Assembly (NCBI GenBank): GCA_051362555.1
Contig: CM120646.1
Location: forward strand, 3,968,001 to 4,032,000
Source of the DNA: Lingula anatina
Taxonomy: Eukaryota; Animalia; Brachiopoda
Direction of reading: 5' to 3'
Length of the DNA: 64,000 nt
Part shown: piece after piece, positions 50,354-63,839 of the stretch
How positions within the stretch are numbered: position 1 is the stretch's first letter
Layout of the letters: every line of letters begins with the position of its first letter
The notes under the pieces: model-generated
Told to the model about the DNA's origin: nothing
Databases searched by the model: none
The model's input: only the letters and a program-made list of their open reading frames with translations
Position numbers and translations under genes: made by a program

Positions 50354-53108
50354 GTAGGTCTTATTCTGTTTAGTGTTTATCAGTTAGTGTGAATGATGAT
50401 ATATTAAGATGCATGTACAGTTTTGTTTCATAGTATTATGGCTTTTTAACTAATGTTCACCTCTGAAAACATTTCCACCATTACTCAGTTAATGTCATTT
50501 TACTACCTTGTTTCAGTAATATTCTTTAATTGTTTTATGCTACTGTTTTACAACTTATTGTAATCCTATTGTTTAGTGACAAGGAAGACTTAAACAGGAA
50601 GAACAGAGGAGGATGGACGCCCCTGATGTACGCCTGCTATATCGGCCATGACACAATCGTCAACCTCCTCCTTGATGCTAATGTCAATGTGAATGTCAAG
50701 AACAGCAAAGGTCAGACGCCGCTGATGTTAGCTGCAAGCTGTGGCAATGAAAGCGTGGGATATTTCTTGTTACAAGTAAGTTGAAATTGGAATGAAATAA
50801 TGTGGGTACGTTTCGCTGAATTTGTTCTAGTAGGGTTTGAATTAGAGTTCCTTATAAACTTCAGATTATCTTTTCAGGTAGTACTTATTGGTTATGAATA
50901 TGCAGTTAATCAGTGTTCCAATGAAGTGTTTAATGGCTTATTCCCATTGACACTATCAGTCTATGTAGATTAGTCCAACTCAGCGGGGACTCTCACTAAA
51001 TGCAATCAATTTAAATGAACAGATTAACATGCCTTCTTCTGGTGTTGAGTAGAAAACAGAAAAGCTGGTAATTATACAAGTACATTAGGAACAAGAGGAG
51101 GGGTGTTAATCTGCATTCAGTGAGAGTCCCTGTGAAGTTAAAACATGTCCTAATCTATGTAGAATAATATAAATCCAACTTTAAATGGGATTAAATGAAA
51201 TATGTAATATGTCATACTATTTGTTTATTTTTGCAGGCAGGAGCTGAGATGGAGGCACGTGATCGTAAAGGTTGGACAGCTTTATTTCACGCCACGTACG
51301 CAGGCCACCAAGATATGGTGAAGTTTCTGTTGAATTCTGGTGCCAACACAGAGGCAGTGTAAGTTATGAGGACTGTTACCGGTTTTTTTTTTCACTGCCT
51401 TAACTCCTACTTTTTTTAAGAATAAGTGGTAGAAACTCTGAAGATGTGCCCTGTGTACTTTTAAAATAATACTATTCCTATCCCTTCGAAGAAATTGCAT
51501 TTTGTTTTAAATTAAATTTACTGTATAAATAGATATTAACTTTCCTTCCATCAGATAAATTGTGTTTACTATAAAGGGCATTTTTAAGTGTGTAAAGCTT
51601 TTGATGAGCTCTGGACAATTGGTTATTTATATTTTTTCTCTTTCTTTTGAATTAATTTTTGTTTTATTTAATTAATTTTTCCAGTAGGATGCTTATCACA
51701 TATACATTTCTTATTCCAGTGAGCCTAGTCGAGGGATGACCCCTTTCATTGAAGCTGCTTCAGAAGGACATGAAATTATTGTGCAATATTTGCTACAACA
51801 TGTACGTGATTTAAGAGTATAGATTAAGGGTGTAATCTATTTTCATCGTTGTCACAAGTCTACAAACCATATGGGGAGGGGGGGCAGGTATGGGGGGGGG
51901 GGTAATGCCCTCTGAACAATTTTGAAAAATAAAAGATGATGATCCATATTGCTGTCAAAGGTCATCATTTTTGTATCTTGTAATTTTTTCAAATAGTATT
52001 TTCATCTATTCTTGTCAAATGATATTTTCATCTCACAATTACATAACATTTATACAGATTATAGGTTTACTTGATATTTATATTTTTATACTCTAGGGAG
52101 TAAATTTAAATGCCAAAACTTACAATGGGGACTCTGCGCGGTCCCTTGCTCTGATTAATGGCCACATGAAGATAGTGAGTCTAATAGACCACCATGTCAA
52201 TCCTTCCGCTCCACTCAGAGCAGACGCAGGTGAGGGCTCTCAGGGGTCATCCATTTTTAGCTTTTCTCCTTGTACTTGATCTAAGGGGGAAGGGACCTGG
52301 AAAAAGTCTTCTCTTTGTAAATTTGAGAAAATGATGATAAAAATAAATGATCCCAAAGAAAATACAGGCTTTTTACTTAAAGATGCATACAAAGTCAATT
52401 TTTTGTCACAAAAACCAACCAAATGCCAGCATATAGTTTTAAGGAGTATAACTAAGCTGCTTCAGAAGGACATGAAATTATTGTGCAATATTTGCTACAA
52501 CATGTACGTGATTAAAGAGTATGGACTAAGGGGGTAATCTATTTTCATCGTTGTCACAAGTCTACAAACCATATGGGGGTGGGGGGGAGGGGGGGGCAGG
52601 TATGGGGGGGGTAATGCCCTCTGAACAATTTTGAAAAATAAAAGATGATGATCCATATTGCTGTCAAAGGTCATCATTTTTGTATCTTGAAATTTTTTCA
52701 AATAGTATTTTCATCTATTCTTGTCAAATGATATTTTCATCTCACAATTACATAACATTTATACAGATTATAGGAGAGAATTACCAAAAGGCATTGTTTA
52801 ATTTTATCTGAAAATGATTTTTGAACGGATTTTTCTGCTGGCATTCTAAGCTGTATGTCAATGATGCAAGAAAGTAGGTCACGAAAGTAGGTTAAATTTA
52901 CAACCAAAAATTTAAAGAAAGGAGCAGTCTAAAGGTCTTTTATGGCTGATCGAGTGATCTATTCAGTTTATCCATTGGCATGTCAAATTTATTTGAGTCA
53001 TATGAGAATCTAGTAGAAGTGGTTTTCATGTGTTACTGTGAATCCAAACTCCACTGATGCTCGGTTCGTATGTACCTTTAACATTTAGAAGTTCTTATGA
53101 TTGGAATC

Positions 53109-53191
<83 letters not shown>

Positions 53192-53932
53192 AAATCCATG
53201 GGTTATGTTTCAGATTAATAGTTGCTTAATTTGAGTGTAATGCTCTGGATTTATCTTGAAGCTCAGTAGACTAAATATTTGGTTGACTAGTTCTTTTGTG
53301 AAACTGGCCCCAGATGAAACACTCCCTAAATGTAAATATTGATTTTTTAATTAATAATTATTTTAAAATTTGACTTTTTAGGACTGAGCCTTATTCCTGA
53401 TGCAGATCTCAGCTCATCAGATGAGGCCTTCCAAAAGCCCCGCCCTCCAAGTCACAGGCATAGTAAGCCAAAGTTAAAAGGTATGTCATAGGAATCTGTT
53501 CAGGTCATTAAGTTTAATGAGAAACCATTTTGTGCTTTTGACCCCCAAAAAAATTAATTGGAAAAAAATTGTCATAGCTTTCTCAACAATTTTCAAGCAC
53601 TTACCCACTGTCAAGCGATTCATGTTTACCTGTGTTCTCAGTAATGTATTTTTACTTACCAACAATATTTAGTTTCAAACTCTGAAAAAGCATTTAATAT
53701 ACTAAAACATGTGATCAATGTTACTTTTTCCCCACTAAGCTAATCATAATTATTTTATTCAGGGCACCTAGATGATTATGTTTATTTTATTCAGGACCCA
53801 GTATTAGAGATGGACCAGAGGCAATGGCTAAAAAACTCAAAGACAAGAGGGGGGCCCAGAGCGAGCGTAAGTAAATGACTGGATATCGTATAGTTGTCTC
53901 ACAAGATGGAGATCTCCTCTACCTGTGTGCAT

Positions 53933-53983
<51 letters not shown>

Positions 53984-56900
53984 TTAAGAGTATCTTTTGT
54001 TCTTTTTAGATTTGTGAGTGTTTATAATTGTTTATTTGGACTCTTGGGCTAATATGCTTGGGCTTAGACACAAAAGAAATTTGTCAGCCATAGACCTTAA
54101 AGAAATAACTTTAATCAAATAAAAAAGTCTCTTAGTGTCTTTTTACCTATTGAATTTGTTGTAGTCATTTTGTTATCTAATTTTCATGTATGATGAATGT
54201 ATTTATGTTCTTGTCTTTCCTAACTATTGATTTGAGTGGTGATTCCTTGAAGTTGTGTAGTGCTGACTATTTATGATTTGGTGTGAATTTCTAGATCGCA
54301 ATCAACCACACATCCCTAAGGGGTATGTGACCTTCAAGGATGACCTTGACCCAGTTTCCAGGGGTCTTTGTTATCGTGATATGACCTCCCCAATTAACGC
54401 AGAGGATCATACACTTGATAGCTTTGGAGTGATGGGTATGGAGATAAAAAAACAAAAGAATAAGCAAACTGCATATTTAAATACTTTAAAAGATTTTATA
54501 GGTCATTCTTTACTTGCTTTATGTATTTGAAGTGTATTATTTTTGTTGATTACAAATTATGTATTACAAATTATTGTTTAGAAGTTCTAATGTATTCTGT
54601 AATGATTGACCTTAAGTTACAGTCAAGGCTTTTCCCAGCGTACCATCCAGCCACCATTTAGATGGAAACGGGCATCACCCAATGGCCGATATTTTCAAAG
54701 ACGGCTGGATGGTTGATGAATTTTTTTTGAAAAATGATGCCTTTGACTCCCTGAAATTTTGTAGGAAATAACAGGTGATAATTTTGGACGACCTGTACCA
54801 CAAATCCTGGGAAAAGCCCTGGCTGCAATCATAAATATGCAGTAGTCACATTTACAATGTACTTATTGTACTTACAGATGGTGATGACAAAGCTGACGTC
54901 TTCTCTGCCACTGGGGCCCTGACCATTAAGAGTAGCTCTGGTTCCAGTGGTGGTCTGGCTCAAGCTTTTGGCCTCAGTAGAGAGGACAGTACAGACAGCG
55001 GCAGTGAAGATCTGGGTCAAGGGCACCAAGGTCACATAGATAAAGGTCAAGGTCAAAAACCAGAAGGAGGCCATCATGGTCACCATGAATCAAAACATGT
55101 TAAATCTAGTCAAGATCAGGATGGAGAAGTTGTGAATCAGAATGGAGGTAACTGCTCCTCCCAAGATAAAGCAGAACCATCTGGAATTGCTCGATATTTT
55201 CAAGAGCCACAGGTGTCAAGATCTGGGGAGCCCTCCCCAGGGAATGACTTTGACTTTCTGTGTGGTGTTCCTCCACCAGGGGGAGTGGTGCCAGGAAGAG
55301 ATTCCAATAACAGAGCTCGTGATTTGAAGACTTTTCTGGAGGAGCTTCAGCTGAGTAAATATCTGAAAGTTCTCGAGGATGAAGATGTGGATCTGCAAGT
55401 GTTTCTGTCTCTTACGGATAATGATCTCAAGGAAGTAGGCATCAAGTAAGTGGATTGACAAAAAAGAGCTCTGAGAAAAAGAAAAAAGGTAGAAAGTTAG
55501 AAAGGAAAAAAAACTGTAAAGCCCATTTGGTATTAATTTGTATAATTATTTTCTGTTAATTAAGGACTTTTTTCTAATTAGATAAGGTAGATCAGCCAGA
55601 GATTGAGATTGTTTACCTAAAATAATTTAGTGTATTCTGCAATAAATTACTTTTTTATTAGATTAATGATAGAAAGGTCTTCAATGACAATGACTCCATT
55701 GTCTGTGTCATGATATTTCAATGATGAAATAGTACATTCGCTAACCTTAATTTTTTTCATTGCTATATTAATATTATTTTATTATGAAATTTTTCCATTT
55801 TATAATTTTTTTCCAGATTGATGGGTCCGCGGCGGAAGATGACCAGTGGTATAGCCAGGTGGCACAGTAACGCCAGACCAGCCAGAAATGACCTGGAGCA
55901 GGCCTATGCTGACCGCCTGGAGGCTGAGATGCAGGAGATGGCCATACAGCTACACAAGGTGAACAATGGTCACAGGGAAAGATTTGCCTTCTTAATGCCA
56001 GTGTGCTAGATTGCATAGACTGTGGAAGGTCCCTTGCCTTTCTTGTTGGGCTAAGAGCCAGCTTTAGGTTTTGTTATCCCTTTACATCTTATAGGATTGT
56101 GGTCACCATAGTTGTTGACATCTAAACGCATTGATGATGTATGAGGAATTTTTATAAATGGTCAAAACAGTTGGTGTTTTATATATTGCAAACCATGTTT
56201 ATGGTCCAGATGTAACTATTCTCTTGGTTTTCAGTGCAAATTGGGAAGCTAAAATATTTACTCTGTAAATTTTAGCATTATTCATCATAATTTTATCCCA
56301 GTGAAGTTCTGTTAGAAAGTAAACCCTTAAATGATTTTCAAGGTGATATTGAAAAATACTAGAGCAGTGACTTGCTTTACATCAGAGAGGTTTTAAGAGG
56401 TTTTAAGTCAATAAATCACATCTTAGAGAAAAGAAAAATTGTCACAACTCTGATGCAAAATATTTATGGACTACCCCAATAGAAGTTTCTCTTTGTTTTA
56501 AGGCCAATGCTGAGATCCAGCACCTCCAGGCACAGCTACTGCAGGAGAAACAGCTGAGGTCTGTAGCAGAGAACTGCCTGATGGAGGACCGTGCTGCCTG
56601 GCAACAGGTGGTCACCATGACAACAGAAACCAAGCAACAGTGTCAGGTGATGGAGGAGGGACTGTTGAAAATGAGGTAAGGTTTTTTTCATGTGTGGAGG
56701 ATTGGAATTCGATGCAGTGATTTTGCATATTAAATGGTTTTTGCCTTTGGAATTGTGAGGATTTTTTTAATTTGCATTTAACTATCACCTTGAATAATAT
56801 AGTTTTGTTAGTTAAAATAAAGAAATGTTTCAAATTATCATTTTATGTTTTATTTTACAGGTTTTAAGAAGAGATTCTCATATTTTATACATTTTGGATA

Positions 56901-57276
56901 TTTTTGAAAAATTTGAAACATATTTACCATAATATGATGGACTTAAAAATTTATAGATTCCCTGTAGAAAATAGGTGAAATAATTTATGCTGCTGTTTAT
57001 AGGTTGTGCCAAAAACTACGAGAAAAACAAGACGAACTTGGTCATACACAGTCAAGCAAAAAGGAGGAATGTAATCTCACAAATTTAATAGAAGAACTTT
57101 CAATGGACGATAAAAGCAAAGCTTTAGCCAATGAAATTGAAGACAAGTCTTCGGAAGGATTGAATCTCATCATGGCAACTGCACTGAGTGAGCTTGAAAA
57201 GTGTCTGTCAAAGACGAAGATCAATACATCCAAATTGCTTGGAAGAAGTCAAGAAGCTGTCCAGGAGGAGAGGTAG
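50163..57276 (+). CDS. ANKS3: Ankyrin repeat and SAM domain-containing protein 3; 12 coding exons, about 731 aa
   Basis: The spliced 2196-nt ORF has ANKS3-like motifs as I recall them: SLDLHTASSIG, GWTPLMYACYIGHD, DLSSSDE, GYVTF..GLCYRDMTSPIN, SAM domain LQVFLSLTDNDLKEVGIKLMGPRRKMTSGIARWHS, and AYADRLEAEMQEMAIQLHK. Confidence 0.95.
50577..50775 (+). CDS. ANKS3: ANKS3 exon 2 (ankyrin repeats)
   Basis: GWTPLMYAC, GQTPLMLAASCGNE; phase 2-0. Confidence 0.93.
50960..51163. mobile_element. MITE in ANKS3 intron 2
   Basis: Inverted arms tagattag..gggactctcactaaatgca / tgcattcagtgagagtccc..ctaatcta. Confidence 0.6.
51237..51358 (+). CDS. ANKS3: ANKS3 exon 3
   Basis: AGAEMEARDRKGWTALFHATYAGHQDMVKFLL; phase 0-2. 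Confidence 0.92.
51720..51801 (+). CDS. ANKS3: ANKS3 exon 4
   Basis: GMTPFIEAASEGHEIIVQYLLQH; phase 2-0. Confidence 0.92.
52097..52229 (+). CDS. ANKS3: ANKS3 exon 5
   Basis: GVNLNAKTYNGDSARSLALINGHMKIVSLID; phase 0-1. Confidence 0.9.
52454..52774 (+). repeat. Near-identical copy of 51752-52065 (3' part of ANKS3 exon 4, its donor and most of intron 4) inside intron 5
   Basis: Direct comparison shows only a few substitutions and G-run length changes. Confidence 0.92.
53110..53189. repeat. Poly(T) plus (TA)n
   Basis: Seen directly. Confidence 0.93.
53382..53480 (+). CDS. ANKS3: ANKS3 exon 6
   Basis: DLSSSDE motif; phase 1-1. Confidence 0.85.
53795..53866 (+). CDS. ANKS3: ANKS3 exon 7
   Basis: GPSIRDGPEAMAK; phase 1-1. 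Confidence 0.85.
53931..53985. repeat. (ATTT)n microsatellite
   Basis: Seen directly. Confidence 0.93.
54295..54435 (+). CDS. ANKS3: ANKS3 exon 8
   Basis: PKGYVTF...GLCYRDMTSPIN; phase 1-1. Confidence 0.88.
54624..54821. mobile_element. hAT-like MITE in ANKS3 intron 8
   Basis: TIR caaggcttttcccag / ctgggaaaagccctg; degraded 8-bp flanks gttacagt / gctgcaat. Confidence 0.65.
54878..55445 (+). CDS. ANKS3: ANKS3 exon 9 (linker and start of SAM domain)
   Basis: 568 nt open; DLKTFLEELQLSKYLKVLEDEDVDLQVFLSLTDNDLKEVGI; phase 1-2. Confidence 0.9.
55817..55958 (+). CDS. ANKS3: ANKS3 exon 10
   Basis: LMGPRRKMTSGIARWHS...LEAEMQEMAIQLHK; phase 2-0. Confidence 0.92.
56503..56675 (+). CDS. ANKS3: ANKS3 exon 11 (coiled coil)
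   Basis: QEKQLRSVAENCLMEDRA; phase 0-2. Confidence 0.88.
57003..57276 (+). CDS. ANKS3: ANKS3 last coding exon
   Basis: A phase-2 acceptor joins ORF 57004-57276, which ends in TAG. Confidence 0.8.
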
Positions 57277-57467
57277 CACTCGAAAATGATAAAAAGTAAA
57301 GAGAAATATTGTGAAAAAATGTATGATATAACTGCAGCTGGTAAGATTAAATAAATACATTTAAGTCCAAAGTATTATAATAATGTTAAGTCATATTTAT
57401 TTTTTTAATTAAAATTTTGGTAGAATAGTTAAATATGACTAAAACCACTTGAGGTTGAGATTACTTA

Positions 57468-57642
57468 GGCCTCATTCACAATGGTGGACCAACTAGTCTA
57501 AGGGTCAAATATGGTCGACCGACTCAAATACTTCCCCATGAGATATCTGTTCAGTGTCTATAAGCAGATTAGACAGGAAGCTTTGTAGTGGATCGCCATA
57601 TTTGACCTTTGGACTATTTAGTCCACTGTTCTGACTGCGGCC
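57468..57642. mobile_element. PIF/Harbinger-like MITE in the probable ANKS3 3' UTR
   Basis: TTA on both sides; about 47-bp imperfect TIRs ggcctcattcacaatggtggaccaactagtctaagggtcaaatatgg / ccatatttgacctttggactatttagtccactgttctgactgcggcc. Confidence 0.75.
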
Positions 57643-60181
57643 TTAGTCCTCGCTTGTGAGTTCAGCCATACACTGCTGAAGTTGCAGTTAAGGACAGATA
57701 ACATTTCAGTCAAACTCCAAGTCTTGAAGATTCCTAACTGAGAGAGAAATACTAAATGTTCCAATTCATCCAGTAGTGTGGTATCACATAAGAGGGAAGA
57801 TAGATTTATTTAAACCTGGACTCTGAATTAATAAAACAAGGAGCCAATGATGCTGTTGAAGGTCACTGGCATTGATTGCAACATTGCATCATTGCTTTTA
57901 AATTATTACCTCACAACTCCAGTACTGAATTTACTTTCTCTCTTATTATTTATTATTGTTCAATCCTCTTCAATATCTAGTTGAAATACACTTTAAGTGG
58001 AATATCCCTTTTAATCTTAAAAGATTCTGTGGTCTCCTAATTATGAGAATGTGCTATGCCAAAGAATATTAGTGATTGAATTCTAAGATAAATGTTACAG
58101 AATGTTATTTTTATATAAATTAGTAATGTGATGATATTTTTGGCTCCAGCGGCCCTATAAGATCATAACTGTAAGCTGAGGAGTAAGCTTTAAAGGATTT
58201 AACAATTTATATATGTTAATTATTTTTGTTATTTCAGTAGATGTTGCTCTGCAATTATAGTTTGAAGTAAATAATAACATCAGCTATAACTGCCAATTTT
58301 TTCCTGGACTAATTACTTGCTTTTAAGCTAAATTAAAATAAGTAACTTGTTGGTGGAGAGATTTCAATATGTCAAAAATGCTAAAATTGGCAGTTATTGT
58401 GTTGACTTTTTCTTAGCTGCCAAAATATAGGAAATTGAGAGATTATGAATGTTACTGTCCACCATTAGAAATGATGGAATTAGACATGATGGAAACCTTC
58501 TTTTCACTTTAAGCTCAGTTAGAATTTTTAGCACCAGAACGTATCAGACCAGATCTTCTGTCTCTTATACAGAATTATGTTTAAATTTGTAATTTATTAG
58601 GGTTAGTATAAAATTGAATACTAATATGTATGGATAAAAAAGTTTCAAAATTGCTTTTTTCTATACGACTGCTTGTGACATTGAATTTCTGTTGAAATGT
58701 CAATGTAAACATGTTACATTTCACTTGTTGCATTTTTTGTCATTTAGAAATAGTATATATTTTCGTTGAAGCAAGACATCAAGCATTAGCTTTGCTTGGC
58801 AATCTCTGTTTTGATTATTGAGGTTTTTATTTCATTATTTATTTTCTCAGCACTGAGTAGTTATTTCACAGTCTTGTTCAAAACTAGTCAACAATGAATA
58901 CTTTTCAAAGCTATCAGACATGTTTGTTTTCCAAATGCATAGAATTTTTCAAAATTATAACTGCAGAGATGAGATTTTTCCAACTATCTGCAGATTTTGG
59001 GCTCTTTGAATGGTGTTGGTGCTTACAACAGTAATGAGATTTTTCTGACTATCAGGGGATATCCGACTTTTTAGAAGTCAAAAAGTCTCATCCCTGTAAC
59101 TGGGGAGAAAGAAAGAAAAGAACCTCCACAATTGATTGATAAATGTTGAGTATTTGTAAATCACATGGTTAATTACACTATGTAAAGTGTGAATTAAAGG
59201 GAAAAAATTATGGTTATCCTTCTACTGCGACTGCTGTACTAGCTTCCGTAACTTTTACAAAGAATTTGCAAATTTTCACTTGGTTAATTAATAGATGTAC
59301 CTTTATAAATGGCAAATTAACTTGAGTCAATTAAGATTTTGACTTAAAATTCAGTTGATTGGTATTAGTATATTACTTAAATTTCAAATGGTGTTAAAAA
59401 AGATGGGATTTGACAAAGGAGTGGTGTTCTCCTTCATAAGTGTTGCTTTAATGTTATAGATGTCAATTCTCTTATGATTATTTGGTTTACACATGTATAG
59501 CACATTTATGTTGACACTGATTCGGGTTGTATATGAAAAACTGGGTTCATTTCCTTGAAAGCTTGAACTATTTTTGAACTAGTAGTGGACATCTTTTGAT
59601 CTTATACAAGATATAAAATAACACTCATGTTTCACAAACAGATGATATAACAATACTGATTGCATTGGACTATATTGAAGTACACGTTTAAGTGCACAGG
59701 TCATGAATTCGACGTAAATACCATTGTATTTCAACTGGGGACTCTGTTGAAATTGTAACGCTCACTGTAGTTATACACGTGTAAAGTATGTTTACAGCTT
59801 TGTAGTACTGGAAGCCTTCACCTAAATAGCGAAATGGAGCTTACTATGCTAGCTTCATAGTCTTACCTAAAAGCTGCGTTTCAGGACTTAGGCGTGCCAG
59901 CGTCTTTTTTTTTTTTTTTGTAATTTAATTTTTTTATTTTATTTTTATTATTATTTTTTTTTAACCTCCATATGTACTAGCGGGCGAGTGGGGATGGACG
60001 TTTGAATATGAAAGAGCTGGTCCGCGTAACTTCTGAATTTCGGGCACCATTTTTGTATGTGTGAAGAGATGACATAGATAACCTTCATTTGCTGTCATAA
60101 GAACCATTGTTAGGAATTTGTTTAGATTATTTATTAGGAACACTGCTGTAGGTTATCAGCTTTGTCCCGCATGGGATGTAA

Positions 60182-60464
60182 GAGCGCATTCAGAAGGAGT
60201 TGATCCGCGGACTAACAGATCTGCGAACCCACTTACAAGCAATGCCGACTAATCCCCTGATGGTCTTCCCGCCCCCACACGCGCCATCCCGAGCAATTAA
60301 ACCTCGTGGGCTGAGATTTAATCCGTTTAATGGCGCGCGTGGAGGCAGGGAGACCATCATTGGATTAGGCGGCTTGCCTTCAAGTGGGGTCTGCCATATT
60401 TAGTCCGCAGATCAGTTAGTCCGCGGATCAATTAGTCCGCGGATCATCTGTTCTGAGTGCTATT
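60182..60464. mobile_element. Harbinger-like MITE with subterminal tgatccgcggactaa repeats
   Basis: Left gcattcagaa..tgatccgcggactaacagatctgcg versus right 3x ttagtccgc(a/g)gatca..ttctgagtgc; right boundary approximate. Confidence 0.7.
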
Positions 60465-62148
60465 TTTAAGGGATATATATGTATATATGTAATTGTTCAC
60501 AATCACTGTGTAGCCGCATGGACAAGCCTTGTCTCTAACTGGGTCTCTGGTGCTCGTGGGCCAAGATGCAATAAAATATGTCCCAATTTGGGAAAAGTTC
60601 TGCTTTGGTTGTCTTTATTAATATTCATGAATGGGTCGTTTTTAAGTAGAATGTGAAGACATTTTGTTTTGTGCGAAAATTTTCGAATAAAGCGACTTTC
60701 TGTCTATTTATGGGGGTTTGGAGGTATCTTTATTTTTGTTTCTTCGCTTTGTTCACCGTCCTGTGCCCCAATCCTTGTTTTCTGTACGTGACTTTGATAC
60801 ATAACCTGAGTTATTTTACATTAGTATCATCTGAGAGGCAATAATTTAGTATCCCATTTATTGATTTAGAGAGAAGGAAAAGGAGATGCACCCTCTGCTT
60901 TCTACCACCGTGTAACCCTTTTTTTTTTGCATTTTTCTTTGAATGGCTTTGATTCATATTTTTATAACGAATTATATTCTAATTCGGTATATTCACATTT
61001 AATCTAGCTTCCTCGAAATAAAGAGAATTAGAAACTTTAACCTACTTTGACGAAGAAGACGTATTCTTTTACGTTTTAATGTGCGGGTTATATGATATAC
61101 GATCTGGATTTTCTCCCCAAGGTAAAGAAAAATAATTTTAATTTCCATACAGCTCATAAATATATGAAAAAGGGTCGGTCATGTATCAAACTGGGGCTTT
61201 CGGGTGACCCGAAATGTATTTCTGGTGCGATGTTAGGCCTGATACGATTACAAATGCAGCTTTCAACTTCAATCAAAATAGTTCGCGTCGTGAATTGTCT
61301 GTCTGGATTTGCAAGCAGACGGCAGTTACACAAGTTGGATGTCAATATCAGTCGTCTGTGCGTATTCCGCACATGACACAATTTAACGACTTGCCTATCT
61401 TTTCTACAAGAATTTGTAAAATGAACAGGGGTGTGTCTAAACATACTGAAGCCTCTTGACACTAGGGGAAAAGCTATCGACTTCAAGAATCCGTCCATTT
61501 TCTCGTAAATGCCTCCTTCAATGTCTCCTTCAGTTGCTTATCCTTGTCGCTTGTAAACAGTGCTCTCCGGCCAAAAATATACTACACGCCTAAGAGGTCG
61601 TCTTTATTGGTATGGCCAGATACAAAAAAGGGTCATAAAATTCAGATTTAAGTTTGGAATGTAAATGGGATTATCTCCAAAACTGTTGTAAATTGTAAAA
61701 ACATGTTAACGTAATGATTAGAGAATAGCGTTTTGCAAAAGTTGCTATGCATCTCACAGTTTTAAGGTAATAGACCCTTTGCAGCTATATAGCTAGATGT
61801 TGACTTCTCTTTTGTTTACTAAAGAGCTTAGTCGATTTTCATTTTATTCATAAGCAAGAGTTTGCGTCAAAGAAGAGGAATGTTTTGCATATAAGACTAA
61901 CAACTGTTATAAAGGCACTTTTAGATGATGCGGTATACTTTAATTTTTATTTTCTTTGGTTAGGGGCATCTTAGTTCACGATTAAATCAATACGTACTAG
62001 GCCTACTTGTCACCTTAACTGACTCAGATTCTTATGCTGTCTTGTCAAACAAGCTATTGGAACTATCCATCTGTGACGTAAACATTTTGGTTCTCACGCA
62101 TCAAAACTGGTTTGATGCAGGTAAGACACTTACACTAATATTATGAAG

Positions 62149-62193
<45 letters not shown>

Positions 62194-63802
62194 TAGGACC
62201 ATGCATATATATATAGCTTCATGTGTCTAAACATTGTCTTTGACTTTGTTGTTTGGTCAGTCGCAGAGAAGTGTACTCTTGACCAGCAGTTCCCTTGCTA
62301 CGTAAACTCTGACTGTTTGCACATTACGACTGGATTGAAGCTGAATCTGCATTAATGGACAGGTGTAAATTTCTCTTTCAGGAGTCTGCTTTTGAGATTC
62401 AAAATTTAAGAAAAAACTAAGGAAATTTCTTTAAATCTATTTTTCAGCCATATTCAATCATTCTTATAACTACCCTCCGAGTCTTTACTTTAAAAGGTTT
62501 TATCTGTGTTAATGGAAGACATTTTTAGCTTTCAATGCAGCGCTCTTACATATGTTTAAAGACATCTATTAAATAAGTCAGTTTCATTCTATAGTAATTA
62601 CGTAAAAGGCATCTTGGAAAATAGAACATTGTGATTGATAAAATATCAAACAAAGACCACCCTCTCAAAATCAAAGACCTCACAAACTGTCCTTTTAGAC
62701 CACACGCACAAAGACCTCGTAAATTGTCCTTTTTAGAAAGACCACACTCGCGACAAATTATGGTATTCATTCAAGTGTTGAAAGTGTGTTAAAAATTACA
62801 CGCAAAGATGTTGGGTAATAAAAATGGTAAGGGGGGAGGGAGGGGGTGCTTACTCTGGATTGAATGATGGAAAGCGTTTGTTTTAACAGAAATTTAAGAA
62901 CAAAGGTTACTAGTTGTATATGAAATGCAAAGCATTTAACACACGCAAGCACACACACATATTTTATAAAGGCTCTTTTTCATCTATAAGCAATATTTTT
63001 ATAAAAAGTCAAACTATAAGACGGATGACTTTTTCTACTGATCGCATCAGTGCCTTTTGCTTGTACGACAAGAGTGGTTATGTAGGAAAACATGTCTATC
63101 CTCGTGCTGCTACTTGTTTGTGCCTATTAACTTCCATAGTTATTAACGCTTCAGCCCACTGAACAAAATAGAACATCAGAGCTTTAAAAACCTCATGTTC
63201 CTTCTTTGTAGCACAAAACACGGAAACAAAAAGCCGATGAAATATAAGATCTGTTCAAGATTAACTTTAGTGTCACCTGAAACATACAGTATCGTTTGTA
63301 CCATTCAGTGATTATTTTGCGGTATGAAATAAGAAATTTAATACCTATGATGACTTGGAGTTTTTATACCTTAGCGGACCCTAGCGTTTTTATGAGGGAG
63401 GTGTGTAGGGGGGGGGGGGGGGGCTTCCGAGGTTCCGCTTGCATGTCTGAATGCATGAAATGATAACATAAATAATAAAAAAGCAATAATAATGAACAGT
63501 TGTGGTAATAATAATAATAACGCTAATTGGTAAAGCCCCCGCCCCTCATCTAATGAGCTCACTGGTTCTGCCGATATGAATTCAGCTTGCCAGTGTCTTT
63601 TTTAACGTAAAATGTCACATGTAAAATACAAATTTAAACACAGTACACAGACAAGGTACCTTTACTTTGTGGTAAATGTACTAGTAATGCACAGAAGAGT
63701 ATGGCCTAATTGCAGTATTATGCAGAAATAATTAGAGTGTCGGAAATTAGAGCTAACGTCCCCATAAAATTTCTCAGCGTAGTGAAACATGGCATCGACC
63801 TC

Positions 63803-63839
<37 letters not shown>

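Noticed and set aside
61092-61620. Overlapping ORFs, with a minus-strand fragment faintly like a transposase N-terminus
   Set aside because: Interrupted by stops, with no recognisable catalytic motif or TIRs.
62070-62400. Plus-strand donor GCAG|gtaaga (about 62120) and acceptor tctctttcag (about 62381) suggesting another gene start
   Set aside because: No ORF or other support; isolated splice-like motifs are expected by chance.
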